A DNA stretch of 63,739 bases, filler included, from Reticulomyxa filosa (lineage: Eukaryota > Protista > Foraminifera): assembly GCA_000512085.1 (NCBI GenBank). It is 21 parts of 21 records of this genome, joined end to end, with 100 filler letters (N's around TTAATTAATTAA, not from the genome) between each part and the next. Parts side by side here need not be neighbours in the genome. Positions count along the whole stretch, not along the records: positions 26,089 to 30,441 come from ASPP01027231.1; positions 30,542 to 35,985 come from ASPP01005903.1; positions 36,086 to 38,740 come from ASPP01028273.1; 18 more parts are not named here. One strand, given 5' to 3'. The position numbers and the translations under genes were made by a program. The notes below the pieces were generated by a model, which was not told the origin of the DNA, made no database searches, and saw only the letters and a program-made list of their open reading frames with translations. Below are positions 26,089-38,740 of this stretch, piece by piece (the first letter of the stretch is position 1; the number at the start of each line of letters is the position of its first letter).

Positions 26089-26691
26089 GGATGATGATGA
26101 CGAAGCAAAAGAAGAAGGAGAAGAAGAAAAAGAAGAAGAAGAAGATGATGATAACGATGATGACGATGAAGGCACAGATGAAGATGACACAGATGCCGTT
26201 TCTTTTGGAATGGAACCATTCATTGTTGCGCATAATTTGTCACTGTAAGAAATTTCCACGTAAGCAAATAAGTGGGGTTGTGAAAAAAAAATACGTATAC
26301 TCAAATCTTTGTAGCCGTAAATTGTGTCTTTGTGAAACAATTGGTGAGTATACATGGGACTAAAAAATCCATGGACCAAATCATCCAGATCTTTATTAAT
26401 ATCGTTTATAAACTTCAAATGAATTACATCTTTTGCATTACTTATGTATTCATTACTTGCGGTCATCCATGACAACGATGTCATCCCACTGCTTTTATAA
26501 AGTGTGTGTATCATGTGTTGGTGACTTGAATTGCTCACGTTCATTCGGCCTGATTTTTTCGATGTTGACGACTGGCCGTTTGTCACAATGCTGTCCGTAT
26601 AGTGGCGCTGTCGCTTTCTTCTTGGAAGAATATGATCAGATTCTTCTTGGTCTTTCAGAGATGATCTAGGACGTTTGGATCTTCGTGACAT
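26089..26691 (-). CDS. HAT1: Histone acetyltransferase 1 (HAT1), N-terminal part
   Basis: EYISNAKDVIHLKFI...FFSPMYTHQLFHKDTIYGYKDLSIRIFF...YVEISYSDK matches the Hat1 N-terminal domain; basic NLS-like leader; runs into a Ser-rich tract at the contig end. Confidence 0.85.
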
Positions 26692-27200
26692 TGTAAGAAT
26701 GAGTTTTCTTTCTTCCTTTGCTTATTCTCCTTTTTTTTCTTAACACTCAAAGTTCGCTTGTGTAAATAAGCATTTAATTAGTTTTGATTAAAGTAGACCC
26801 TTTAAGCAATTTATTTTTTATGACCTTAAAGAAGTAGATCACACAAAGCAGTATTGCGATAGAGAGGAAGTGTAAAAATGAATTACTTTAAAAAGTTAGT
26901 AATTTATTATTGTTTAACTTTTTTTTGCCCATACTGCACTTGTTGTCTGTTCTTTTAGTTTTCCCTTTTTTAGCAAAGGGGACGAAAAGTTCAAGAAATT
27001 TTAACTTGTTTTTTGTGTTTTTCTTTTCCTGGACCATGTGAGCATGTCCAATCGTTAAGTGTGTTTTTTTGTTTGTTTTCTTTCTTTTGATGAAAAATGC
27101 ATGCTGATAAAAAATGAAGCTTGCAAGGTGAAACTGACACCAACTGTGAAATTTTTTTAATTTATATCAAATGCGATAAAAAGTAACTAAAAAAAAAAAT

Positions 27201-27650
27201 AGGTACAAAAACGCACATGATGAACTAGTGGCGCCAGCAAGTAAACAAGTATGAAAAAAAAAAAATAATAAAATAAAATGAAGACTTTTACTATACACTT
27301 TGGATATGACGTGACAACTCTCCTGTCTGACCTTTTGCGAAAATAAAATTGTTTTTTGATTTTTTTTATATTTTGATAAACAAGTCGGTTGTGTTTGAAC
27401 AGATCAAAGGGCGCAAAAACGAAGTGATGGACTGGTGGCGACAACAAATAGAACAAGTATGTGAAAAAAAATAAAATAAAAAAAATAAAGTGATGATACT
27501 TTTATTGTAGCTTGGATTGTTGCTACTATGATCCATTTGTGGCAACGGTGACAAATATGAGGCATTTGTCTGATTTTTTGTGAAATGTTGTTTTTTAATT
27601 TGTTTTTTATGTCTTGACAAAAAAGTTTTTGTTGTGTTTTGAACAGATCA
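27201..27650. repeat. Diverged non-coding tandem duplication (units ~208 and ~242 bp)
   Basis: CAAAAACG..TGATG.ACT.GTGGCG.CA.CAA.TA..ACAAGTATG at ~27205 and ~27414; both units end in TTGTG(T)TTTGAACAGATCAA. Confidence 0.8.
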
Positions 27651-28433
27651 ACCGCAACGGGGTGAAAAATTTTGACAACTTTTCGCACTTGTTTGTTGAA
27701 GTTGGTTGAATTTTTTAAATTTTTGGCAAAGGCCACCTTTATTTAATAAAAAATTTTGTTGAAAAAAAGTCGTTCAAGACTTATTTATTTCAATGCAAAA
27801 AATTCTTAACATGCAATAAAAAGTATTTTTCGTTGCTGACAACGTTCGTAGTGTTTTTCAAGCGTACTGCTACTTGAGAAAACCAAGTAATGAAAAAAGT
27901 TAACGTTTTCATTTTTGAAAAATTCGTGTTAAAGATTAAATCGTTGACGTTTTTCAAAGTTTTTTTAAATAAACGTAATTTTAATGAATAAATGTTTATT
28001 GTAGTTGATATCTAATTTTTGAGTATTGCGTGAACTAATTTGCTGGTTCTTATATGTAATGGGTACTGAAGTCTGATAAATTCTTTTTCTCGATGCAAAC
28101 ACGAGATCACCGAGTGAAAAAAGTTAGAGGTAAAGAAAGATCGAAAAAAAAAAAAATAAAAACCAAAACAAACACAAACACCGAAAAAAGATAGAGGTAA
28201 AATCGCACAACACATAGATAACTTTTGTCAAGAAAACAAAGAATCTGATGCGATTTTTAAGAAAAACTAATATATACATGATCGCAAAATAACCAAAATA
28301 AAACCAAACTCGAATAATAAAAAAAAACTCAAGATTACATTAACATTAAAATCGAAGCGGCAATAAAAAAACACAAAAATAACAAAAAAGATTCACAAAA
28401 AAATCGAATATAAACCATCACAAAAAGTTGCTT

Positions 28434-30441
28434 TTAATGGTGACCTCCTTTTGACCACCATCCACCTGATGAACAAGGTTGTGTATTACATGGAGTTGTT
28501 GAAGTGGAATCTCCAAGACAATTGTCAACGGCCACGGTTGGATCACAGACACTGACACATGAACGGGTACGAGTCTGCTCGCCTCCGCCACATTGTGCAC
28601 TACAACTACCTTGCGGGGACCAATCTGTCCATTGGCCAAAGTTGCACACGTTGCCGCAAGGATTGGGGACTCCAACAGCCAGCGAATTACTCAAAGTTGA
28701 CACACATCGTTTCGATCCACCTAAGGTTACATCTCCATTAGCTTTCATTGTAACATTACCCTTTAATACAATTGTCAACACAGCAGAATTTCCTGCAGAC
28801 ACGTACAAATTACTGAAATACCAATAATCGGATCCCATCACAGCTGCAGGCGAAGTGGACTGAGTGATTGAGCTCAGGAACGTGGACGATTGAGGCTCAC
28901 AATTGCATCCCAAACGGATGGTCACGTCAGTTAAAGGCGAAGGATGGTAGCTCCTTCCGCAATATGGATTAGGTAAACTGCTGCTTGTGTTTACAGTCCA
29001 AGTAAAGGTTGTAGTTCGAGTAACGCTGCTGTAATACCAAGAATTGAACTTAATATTCCATTCGGTTTGTGATATTGAGTCACATTCAGACCAACACATA
29101 CTTGTCAAATATAATGGATCACGTGGTTGACATTCACCATCCTCACTTGATGAACTATCCCCGCCTGTGTTCGAGCCATGCGATGATGATGGCCACTGCC
29201 ACTGTCTGGAGGCGACTGGTGCGGGTGTCGGATTTGGAGTTGGTCGAATTTTTTCGCAAATGTCCGGAGCCATTATTGTATCATCCACACATCGCATATC
29301 TTTTTCCAAACAATTGGTAAAAACTAGGTTTCAATGTAGTATGTCCATTCAAAGTCAACTCAAACGTCTGACAATTACCAGGCTGCACTCTAACATTCCA
29401 TATCCATCCCCTGTGTATTTCCGTCACTGATCCTGCCGGGGATTGGCTGTTTGTCGCGCTGTCCACACAAAGCTCGCAATTGCATGGCATTTGTAAGAAT
29501 AATTTACTTAATGCCACAGGAGAGCTATGTGTGTTGCATGACCCAAAGGGATTTCTGCTGTTGACACACACTTGGTATTGCAAACTTGTTTTATCGGTAT
29601 ACACATTGTAATTATAGTCTACAAGTTCCAATGCCCATTCAGCTGTATCTGTTGAGCAAGAGCAGTTCGACTCATGCGGTGGGAGGGATACACATTGTTG
29701 GAGCGAGTGTCGGTTGGTCCGTCGGCGATAGAGTAGTTGGTCGTCTGTGTCAAAAAAAAAAAAAAAAAGTGAATCACTTTATATTAGCATTGCCCAGAAA
29801 GTACATGAATAAAACATACCCAGTGGGGGATTTCGTTGTGAGAAAAGTAGGTTTGTTTGTTGGAAGCTTGGTTGGGCGCGCAGTAGGCAATGAGGATGGA
29901 CGACGTGTTGGTCTATTTGTTGGAACCTTGGTTGGGCGCGCAGTAGGCAACGAGGATGGGCGACGTGTGGGCTTCTGGACTGGTACTGGCGTTGGCGATC
30001 TTTACATCAGATCAAATGTGTATGTTATTTACATTGTTCTTCGAGAAAAGTCATAGATAAACAAATTATATATATACATATATATCAACACATAAAAAAA
30101 AAAAAAAAAAACCTGCTCGTTGGTCGACGAGTGGGAGGCGTAGGTCGTTGAGTTGGATTTCGTGTTGGCCGAAGTGAGGTAGGGTTGCAAGTTGGCTTTG
30201 AAGTCGTTGTTGGTCGGCGTGTCGGAGGATACGTGGTACGACGCGTCGGGATCTGGCTTGGTATTTTCGTCGGACATATAGGCTTCTTTGTCGGAGGAGT
30301 AGTTGGTTTTCGTGTTGGCGCTTTCGATGGCTTTCTTGTTGGAGGGTATATTGGTTTTTTTGTTGGAGGAGACGTTGGCCTCTTTGTTGGTGGACTTGTT
30401 GGTTTTCTTGTTGACTGGGCCGTTGGCTTCCTTGTAGGAAG
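28434..30441 (-). CDS. Mucin-like extracellular protein: PT repeats + two Cys-rich domains + C-terminal thrombospondin type-1 repeat; 5' end off contig; apparent frameshifts at ~29680 and ~29303
   Basis: PTRKPT/PTKRPT repeats over three exons; TSP1 consensus WTDWSPQGSCSAQCGGGEQTRTRSC...CLG...PCNTQPC; 60-bp coding tandem repeat at ~29851-29970. Confidence 0.85.
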
Positions 30442-30541
30442 NNNNNNNNNNNNNNNNNNNNNNNNNNNNNNNNNNNNNNNNNNNNTTAATTAATTAANNN
30501 NNNNNNNNNNNNNNNNNNNNNNNNNNNNNNNNNNNNNNNNN

Positions 30542-33500
30542 CCTTGGGATTGATAACATGGGTGTGCACTATGATGGACATTGCCATCAACGATTGCTGC
30601 AGCAGTTGCCACAAAGTACTTTTTCCGCAGTTGGCTGGCCCGATCACTACAATGCCAATCCGTTGGGTCAGTGCTTCATATAATTCCAACACTTTCTTTA
30701 CTTGACAATCCAATACTGCCAAATTTTTTGCTTTCATTTGTTCTCTTACACACGCTTGTAACTTTTGTTCGAATAGCCCTTATCGCTCTTTGATATTGCA
30801 CTCTCTTTTCCAAATACGTCCACTATCAATCCTTCAAACCTTTGTGCATCGTTTTTTTTTTTTTTTTTTTTTTTACACATATACTCCATTGTACATCAAT
30901 GGCTCCATTTTTTTGTACGTATACATTTTTTGGAAAAGTAAAATTTTTTTTTTGGAGGAGGGAAGAGAAGGATGCGAAGGGGGGGGGGGGAAATGGAGTC
31001 ACTACAAAACCAGAAAATGTTAATTTTGCCAATGTGTTTCCTCTCAGCGCAGATAGCAATGCTCTCATTTCTCTCGCCTCTGGGACCTTGTGATCGCTCG
31101 TGTCGGCAGCGGCGGCCTTGGCTTCTCTTAACATTTTGCCACTGGAATTCAAAACTGTTTTGATAGCGCGTAAGCCCCAGTCGTAATGCTTTTGTGGAGT
31201 CAGCAGCTGCTGCGACAACGAAAATATTTCGCAAATCTTTTGTGCCCATTGCTTGGCTTGTTTGAACCCTTCAACGAATAATAAGACTTCGGAAATCAAC
31301 TTGGAGTCAGGTTGCGACATGGCCACTTCTCGAAGGAGCTGTTTCAAGTTTTCCGGAAGTTTGGAACGGCCACGGTATTCTTTGTTTGCAGGATTTAATG
31401 TGACAAACATGGCCGAGTTCAAGTTCAGCTAGAATTTTTTTTTTATACGTATTTACGTAAGTATGTTCCTTGCATTGCACCAAAGTCATTTTAAAAAAAA
31501 AAAAAAAAAATGTATACGTTGACAGTTTCGCCCAATAAATGTATTTGACTCTCTCTTTGTCGCAATGCATGTTGAATGAGTTGCAGCTGCTGCGACACAG
31601 CAGATAACTCATCTTCTTTCAATCGATTGAACTCGTCGAAACATCCCCACGCCCCGCACTGCACCAATCCAGTAAAAATCCTACTCATGCATTCGCAATC
31701 GATCGATTCGTCACAATTAAACACCAAAACTTGTCTGCCCAGCAAATATCCAAGCTCTTTTACAGACTCTGTTTTTCCCGTCCCGGCAGGTCCATAGGGA
31801 TTCCCTCCAAATCCCAAATGCATCCCTTGTGTCAACACCAAATAGCACTTATCCGTCAATGGCGTGTGCACCAATCGATTGGGGTTTCCTTGATATTCGA
31901 ACGAGTACTCGAATGAAGCGTGCACCATTTTAACGTATACTTTAACATTGTTTGGAGTGGCTACGTCAATGTAAAACCGTAAATGTCTAATCCACTCCCA
32001 GTCATTGACGTCGACCGCCTCCTTCTTTTCGAGCAAAGATTCGACGATATGGATTTGATGGACCCTGTCCAACAGCAGAGACTTGAGCTTTGCACTTCTC
32101 AATCCGCTGTGCTCGTCGTGTGCTAAAGTCGAGTATACGTCCAAGTCTTGCTGCATGTTTTCCAAATACCTTTTCAACTCACTCGGTTTCTTGTCTTGAT
32201 CCATCATCCACTCTTCCACCTGTCTGGTGAATGCAATGGACTGAGACAAGCACAGTATTTGAGAGCTGTACGTATCCACCACGTCCATTGCAAACCTTGC
32301 ACTTTGGTGCTGCAACACTTTCAAGCAATCCGTCAATTGTTTTTGCAACGTATACCACGTCTCTACTGTCAGCTGAGACAACCAACTTTCTACATCGCCA
32401 CTCACTTTTACAGGATTGCATAGTGGAACCTTTTCATCCATAAGACTCTGAAAAAAAATTATTTTTTTTTTTAATATAACACATAATAATAACAATAATA
32501 ATGATAATATTAAAAAAAAAAAGATAATTTTTTCTTAAACTTGAACACTTTCAATAAATTGCAAGTCCGATGAAAATTGCACTTTGGCGATACCTTGATA
32601 CAATTTTTTCAGGTGTGATTGAACGACGTTTGGGTTTGTGGACTGACTGACGATTTCCAACAAGTCGTCGTCCCCAAGGAAGTAGAAGCGAGGGAACTTT
32701 CTGCGTTTTTCCTCCAAAAATTCAGTCAAAGCTTTTTGACATCTTTCCAATTGATCGAACATGGCAGACAATTGATTGGTGACATCATTGCCAATACTTA
32801 GGAGACTGGTGACATGCATGTGTGTGGCGATGACGTTCATAATGTGTCGAAAGCTTTCATCGATGCGTTCAAACCTCGACTGCTCTTGCGGCAAAGCGCC
32901 TTTGCTAAAAACGGGTTCCAAAAACACCCATTTTTTTTGGACTTGGTTCAAATAACGCAGACTTTGGTCTAATGTGACAAACTTGTCTTGCAACGTTTTC
33001 AAGCGGTCACTAAAGGGAGGAAAGTACGGAGACTCTTTCAACGACGAGAGTGTGGACAATTGATCTCCCAACTTTGTGAGCAGGTGTTGCCAGCCTTTGA
33101 TCAATGCCACCTGTTTTGCACCGTTGCTTGCGAGATGCACTTTCAATTCGAACTTGGTGTTTTCGATCCACAAATGCAACTCTTGAATAGCTTCCCGAAT
33201 GGTCACCTCACCTTTGGCACGATTGCATAGCTGTTTTAGAAACTCATTCTGCTCGATCAATGTGCTGGAAGCGGATAACAGATCGCCCAAGGTCAAGTCC
33301 TGCAAGCTCACTTTGCTGCTCGGCTTCGTGTTCACTTCGGATGCTTTGCGTTTCAGGTTGAGTTTGAAAAACAACAGATTCCAATGCTCACTTTCAAAAT
33401 ATTCGCCTGTGATCAATCGCAAGCATGGGAATACGTCTTCAAACATCCCGACTTGTTGCTTTATGTTGTGCATTACGTTCGTGTTTATTCTATTTGTAAT

Positions 33501-35985
33501 TTTTTTTTAAAAAAAAAAAAAAATTATACGTCTTTTGCAACGTATACTTTTTTTTTTTTTTTTTTTTTTTGCATTTGAAACTTGTTGTTATTTGCCAAAG
33601 CAGCTTCCTTCATTTTATTGATCCACAGCTGATAAAAGTCTTGGAAGTCCAACAGACGTGTACGGAATGATAGCCATAATTCTTGTGACATTTTTGCAAC
33701 GACGCTTGTGAACTCAGTGTACGTGTTCGAGGAAGTTTCGTAATCACAAAGCTCTTTGTCGATCGCCGTTAACAATGACCTGTCTATCGCATCTATGCTA
33801 AACAAATTGATCTCGGTTTCTAATTCCTTTGCGCGCTCATGCCATTTGTTCCACTCTTGTCTCCATTGTTGAATTTGAACGTTCAGTTCGCCCGTCACAC
33901 CCGACGTTGGCTTATGTACGTATACGTATGTGTATATATATTAAAAAAAAAAAAGTGTATATACGTATATATATATATATATATATCATTGAAACACAAT
34001 TAAGGAGGTGGGGAAAACACTTACATCAGTGATGGATTTGGGTTTGAATGTAGTCCAACGCGAATGGAATTGCTGAATGCTGCCCTTGAATTCGTCGATT
34101 TTTTTCATCATCAGGGATTTGATTTCTTGCGTTTTGTTTGCCAAAGATTGATAGAAAATTCGAATGGCATGCTGGTAATGCTCCCATCTTTGCTCGATCC
34201 CATCAATCATGGACGTGCTACCACAACTTGCACCTTTCAATAACAACGCATCCCACTGCTTCGTAGAGCGTATCATCTCCTCGTATTTGGGTTTGTTGCG
34301 TGTCAAGACTTCGACTTGCGCTTTGCACTCGGATAGATCTTTAATGGATTGTGGCTGTCGACTCAACACAACCAATCCTAATTCCATGTGTTCCACAATT
34401 GCTTTCATTTCTTCTTTTATTTTTTCTTTTATGTCCTCCATTATCTGTTGTTCCAATCTTGCTAACTTCTCACTCACGGCTGTATGTGTGTATACGTGTA
34501 GTCATTTTTGAGTGCATGTATACGTATGTACGCATAAATATATATGTATACGTATGTACCATTTTTGAATGGGCCCAAATTTGTGTCAAAAATATCCAAT
34601 AAAATTGTATCTTTGATTGCTTGCAAACTCTCCATTTGTACGTTAATTTTGTTCAACTCGGTTCGACACGAATCTATGTTGTAATGCTCCTTTAGGTCAA
34701 GGTGAAATAACCCACTCCATTCTTCATTGTACTTTTGAATGACGTTGTCAAATGTTTTTATTTTGCTATCAATTGCGTCGTGAATCTTTTTCACACTATT
34801 TAATGTCTGTTTGTCACCCATAATTTGAATAAACATTTTATTCGCCTCTTTCACTTTGTCGTCGCTTATTTTGTTTTTAGTGCTATGCATTTCATCCATT
34901 AGACCCTCTATAAGTCGTGCCGTAAAGCAGCTCATTTTCAAAGGCTTCAAAAGAAATATATCCAATTGTGATGTAATTTGATCTTTTAAAAGGTCCAATG
35001 AAGGCTTAGATGTGACATGTTTGTTTGAATAATCATAGATTAGAAAACATTGAATAACGGGAAAATAATCTTTGTCCGTCCCCATTTTTTCGAGCATTTT
35101 TTGATATTGATCATTAAATATATTGTAAAGTTGTCTATCCCAATATGAAATCCATAAGTGAATTGACTGACTGTGGTCATTTCTAATCACAATATTGATT
35201 TTTGTTTATCGTTAATTTTTATTTTTTTTATCTTTAATTTGGAGTTTATGTCTTTTTTTCTAAATTTATATAAGTTAACTTGGCCTCTTTTGCCAATAAT
35301 TCCTTGATCTGAGCAAGCTTCTGTTCCCATTTTGTTGAATTTTCAAATACGCTTTCATTTATTAATACACTCATTTCATTGTTAATTTGATTATGCAAGG
35401 TTCTCAGTTGTCGGTTTCGAGACAACAACTGGGTTTTGTTTTTAAAAAAGTTCAGAATGAAATGGCTACTAAAAATGAAAAAAAAAGAAATTTGTTGTTT
35501 TTAAACTCACTTTTTCCGAAGCTTTGATTAGTTTGTTGATGAATAAAGTACAACTTTCCGGTTTGTCCCAAAGAACGTCGTTTTGTGTTTTTACCAACTG
35601 TTCGAATTCTCTAGCTTCCGACAACAACATTCCTTTTTGCGAATCGATAATTTGTGTTGACATGGTGTTGTAAAAATTGGCTATTTGTTTCAATTGATTT
35701 GCGTACAAATAAAAGTTATTTCCATAGGTGTATAGTTGTTCAATATGCTTTGAAACTTTGTGTCCAAATTCTTTTAATAGTCGCACTTGTTGAATCAGTG
35801 AAATAAAATCAATTGAATAATTCACTTTCAATTCTCCTTTTCCGCTAACATCTAACTCCAACAACTTTTTGTTTTTGTCATTTAAATTTTTAAACTGGTC
35901 CATAACACTATTTGTCCAACTTTCAAACATTTCATTACTTCCTTCAACCAATTCATTCCATAAACGTGACAGTGTTTCCTTTTTT
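30542..35985 (-). CDS. DYNC2H1: Cytoplasmic dynein-2 (retrograde IFT) heavy chain, internal multi-exon fragment: tail, linker, AAA1, start of AAA2
   Basis: FPRFYFLGDDDLLEI, LVHTPLTDKCY...GGNPYGPAGTGKTESVK, WGCFDEFNRL, LLTPQKHYDWGLRA, QRIGIVVIGPANCGKST. GGNPYG and LTDKCY fit dynein-2 better than dynein-1 (GGSPFG, LTDRCY). Confidence 0.9.
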
Positions 35986-36955
35986 NNNNNNNNNNNNNNN
36001 NNNNNNNNNNNNNNNNNNNNNNNNNNNNNTTAATTAATTAANNNNNNNNNNNNNNNNNNNNNNNNNNNNNNNNNNNNNNNNNNNNGTCTTTTTTTCTTCA
36101 ATAATAAGCGATCAATGGTTACAAGCAATATTTTGAAATGTCATGACCACAATACAATGTTCTTCATTTTTTTTTGTTATCAAACAATTTCAATATCAAA
36201 ACAAATTTTTCAAAAAAAAGAAGTGTAATACATGTGAAATCAAAAGGGTATAAATACCCAAACCATTTTCTGTAGCCAGTCCATTACGATAAATATGAAA
36301 AAAAATAAAAAATATATAAAAGAGATGCCCTTGACTTGGGCTATAATTGGGTGTATTTTCACCAAAAAATCTCAATTCTAAAATCTAATTATACCTCCGG
36401 ATCTGATCACATGAATTACACTTTTTATAATATTTTCTTTATTATTATTTTTTTTAATAATAAAATTTATCGATATCTACATTAGTTATTGGAAAAAATA
36501 CATGAAATGAATTTCATAATAACAATTGTCTGGTGAAACATCAAACAAAACAAAATAGAATAAAAGATTGAATCTTTGTATAATCATTATGTCTTTTTTT
36601 TAAAAGTGTAAGAGAAAAGCACTACAGATAAATACAACAACTATTGAAAATTTGAATTAACATTTATTATTTAATCATTTCAATAAAAAGTAATTCAAAT
36701 TGAAAATTGTCTCGTTCCTCACTTAGAGATATGTCAAAAATCAAATGATTGACATATTATCGAAGCAATGAAAAACTGCAAATATTTATCACAATACATG
36801 AAAATGATTCAAAATGCAATCAATATGCAGTAATATTGGCATATCTTTAACGAATAATATATACATATGTATGTTATTTTATCTTAATGAAGAAAGACAA
36901 AAATATGTTTTTATTTAATATAGTTTATTTACAAAAAATAAAAATAAAAAAAAAT

Positions 36956-38740
36956 TCAAAATTTTCCACCACGTTGTGTCACAAGTAATTTTTGTTGTGA
37001 TGTTAAACCATTCGTATTTTTCCAAATACTATCTCTCATTGATAAACCAAAACGTTGAGTACCACCTTGCCAAATACATTTTACTAAACTAGTTTCATTT
37101 ACATCAATCATTTTACAATTATTACTACTCCATAATCGAATTGTTCTATCTTCTGAACATGATACAAGTGTTGAACCATCTGGTGATAATTGTGTTCCAC
37201 ATAGATATGCAGTATGTCCTTCTAATAATTGAATTTGCTTTCCTGAAGATACATTCCATATTCGAATAGTTCTATCTGATGAATGTGAGATAATTTTTGA
37301 ACAATCAGGTAAAAAGTATGCATATAATACAGCACGTAAATGTTCTGTAAATACTTGTAATTGTTTTCCAGATAATATATCCCATAATCGAATTGTTTTA
37401 TCAGCGAAACATGATATAAATGTAGGAGAATTGGATGAAAATTGAATTTGTAATATAGAATTTGAATGACCTTGTAATAATAAGAGTTGTTTTCCAGAAG
37501 ATACATCCCATAATCGAATTTCTCCATTCGATGAACCTGATACAATTATCTTCTTCATGTCCTTCAAATGATTTAAGTAATTTCCCAGAAGATGTTTCCC
37601 ATAATTTAATAATAGTATCACGAGAATAAGATATAATTTTAGATCCATCTAAAGAAAATTGTGCTGCATTAACATAATTTTTATGTCCTTCTAATATATG
37701 AATCTGTTTTCCTGATTCCATATCCCATATTCGAACAGTTTTATCATTAGAAGAAGTTAAAATTTGTTTACCATCTGGTGATAACATCATTTCAGTTATA
37801 ATATGTGAATGTGCTTCTATTATTTGAATCTGTTTTCCTGATAATACATTCCATATTCTAATTGTACCATCAAATGAAGATGATATAATTTTTAGAATTA
37901 TCTAATGAAAATAATACTCGATTTATACGACTTAAATGACCTTCAAATACTCGAATTTGTCTTCTTGATTGTACATCCCATAATCGAATTGTTTTATCCA
38001 ATGAACATGATACAATTTTAGAACCATCTGATGAAAATTGTACATTTACTACACTATTTGAATGTCCTTCTGTTAATTGAATATTTCTTTCTATACCTAT
38101 ATCCCAAATACGAATAGTTTTATCTTCTGAATATGATAAAATTTTAGGATCTTTTGGAAAAAATTCAACACCATCAACTGTATCAGAATGTCCTTCAAGT
38201 ATTTGAAGTTGTTTTCCAGAGGATAAATCCCATACTCTAATTGTTTTATCAGTTGAACCAGATACAACTCTAAAACCATCATGTGAAAATCGTGCTACTT
38301 TTACACTATCAGAATGACCTTCTAATAATTGAATTTGTTTTCCAGATAATAAATCCCATAATCTAAGTGTATTATCCCATGAATATGATAAAGCCATTAA
38401 ACCATTTGATGATAATTCAATTCCATTTATACCAGAGGAATGTCCTTCTAATATTTGAATTTGTTGACCTGATAATATATCCCATATTCGAATTGTGTTA
38501 TCATTAGAAAATGATATAATTTTTAATCCATTTAATATAAATTGTGCACCAAGTACAGGTTTTGTATGTCCTTTTAATATTTGAAGTTGTTTTCCAGATA
38601 ATATATCCCATATTCGAATTGTTTTATCATTTGAACATGATACAATTTTAGATTCATCTGGTGATAATTGTATTGTAATAACACCATCAGTATGTCCATC
38701 CCAAATTCTAATTGTATTATCCCATGAACATGAAATAATT
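36956..38740 (-). CDS. High-identity WD40 array (~14 repeats, 126-nt period) with STAND-type C-terminal cap; disrupted; 5' end off contig
   Basis: Repeating LEGHS..V....FS.DG.KI.S.S.DKTIRIWD..SGKQ; frame breaks at ~37885 and ~37553; ends GLSMRDSIWKNTNGLTSQQKLLVTQRGGKF*. Confidence 0.88.

Noticed and set aside
29586-30493. Gly/Val-rich plus-strand ORFs
   Set aside because: Antisense of the PT-repeat mucin exons.
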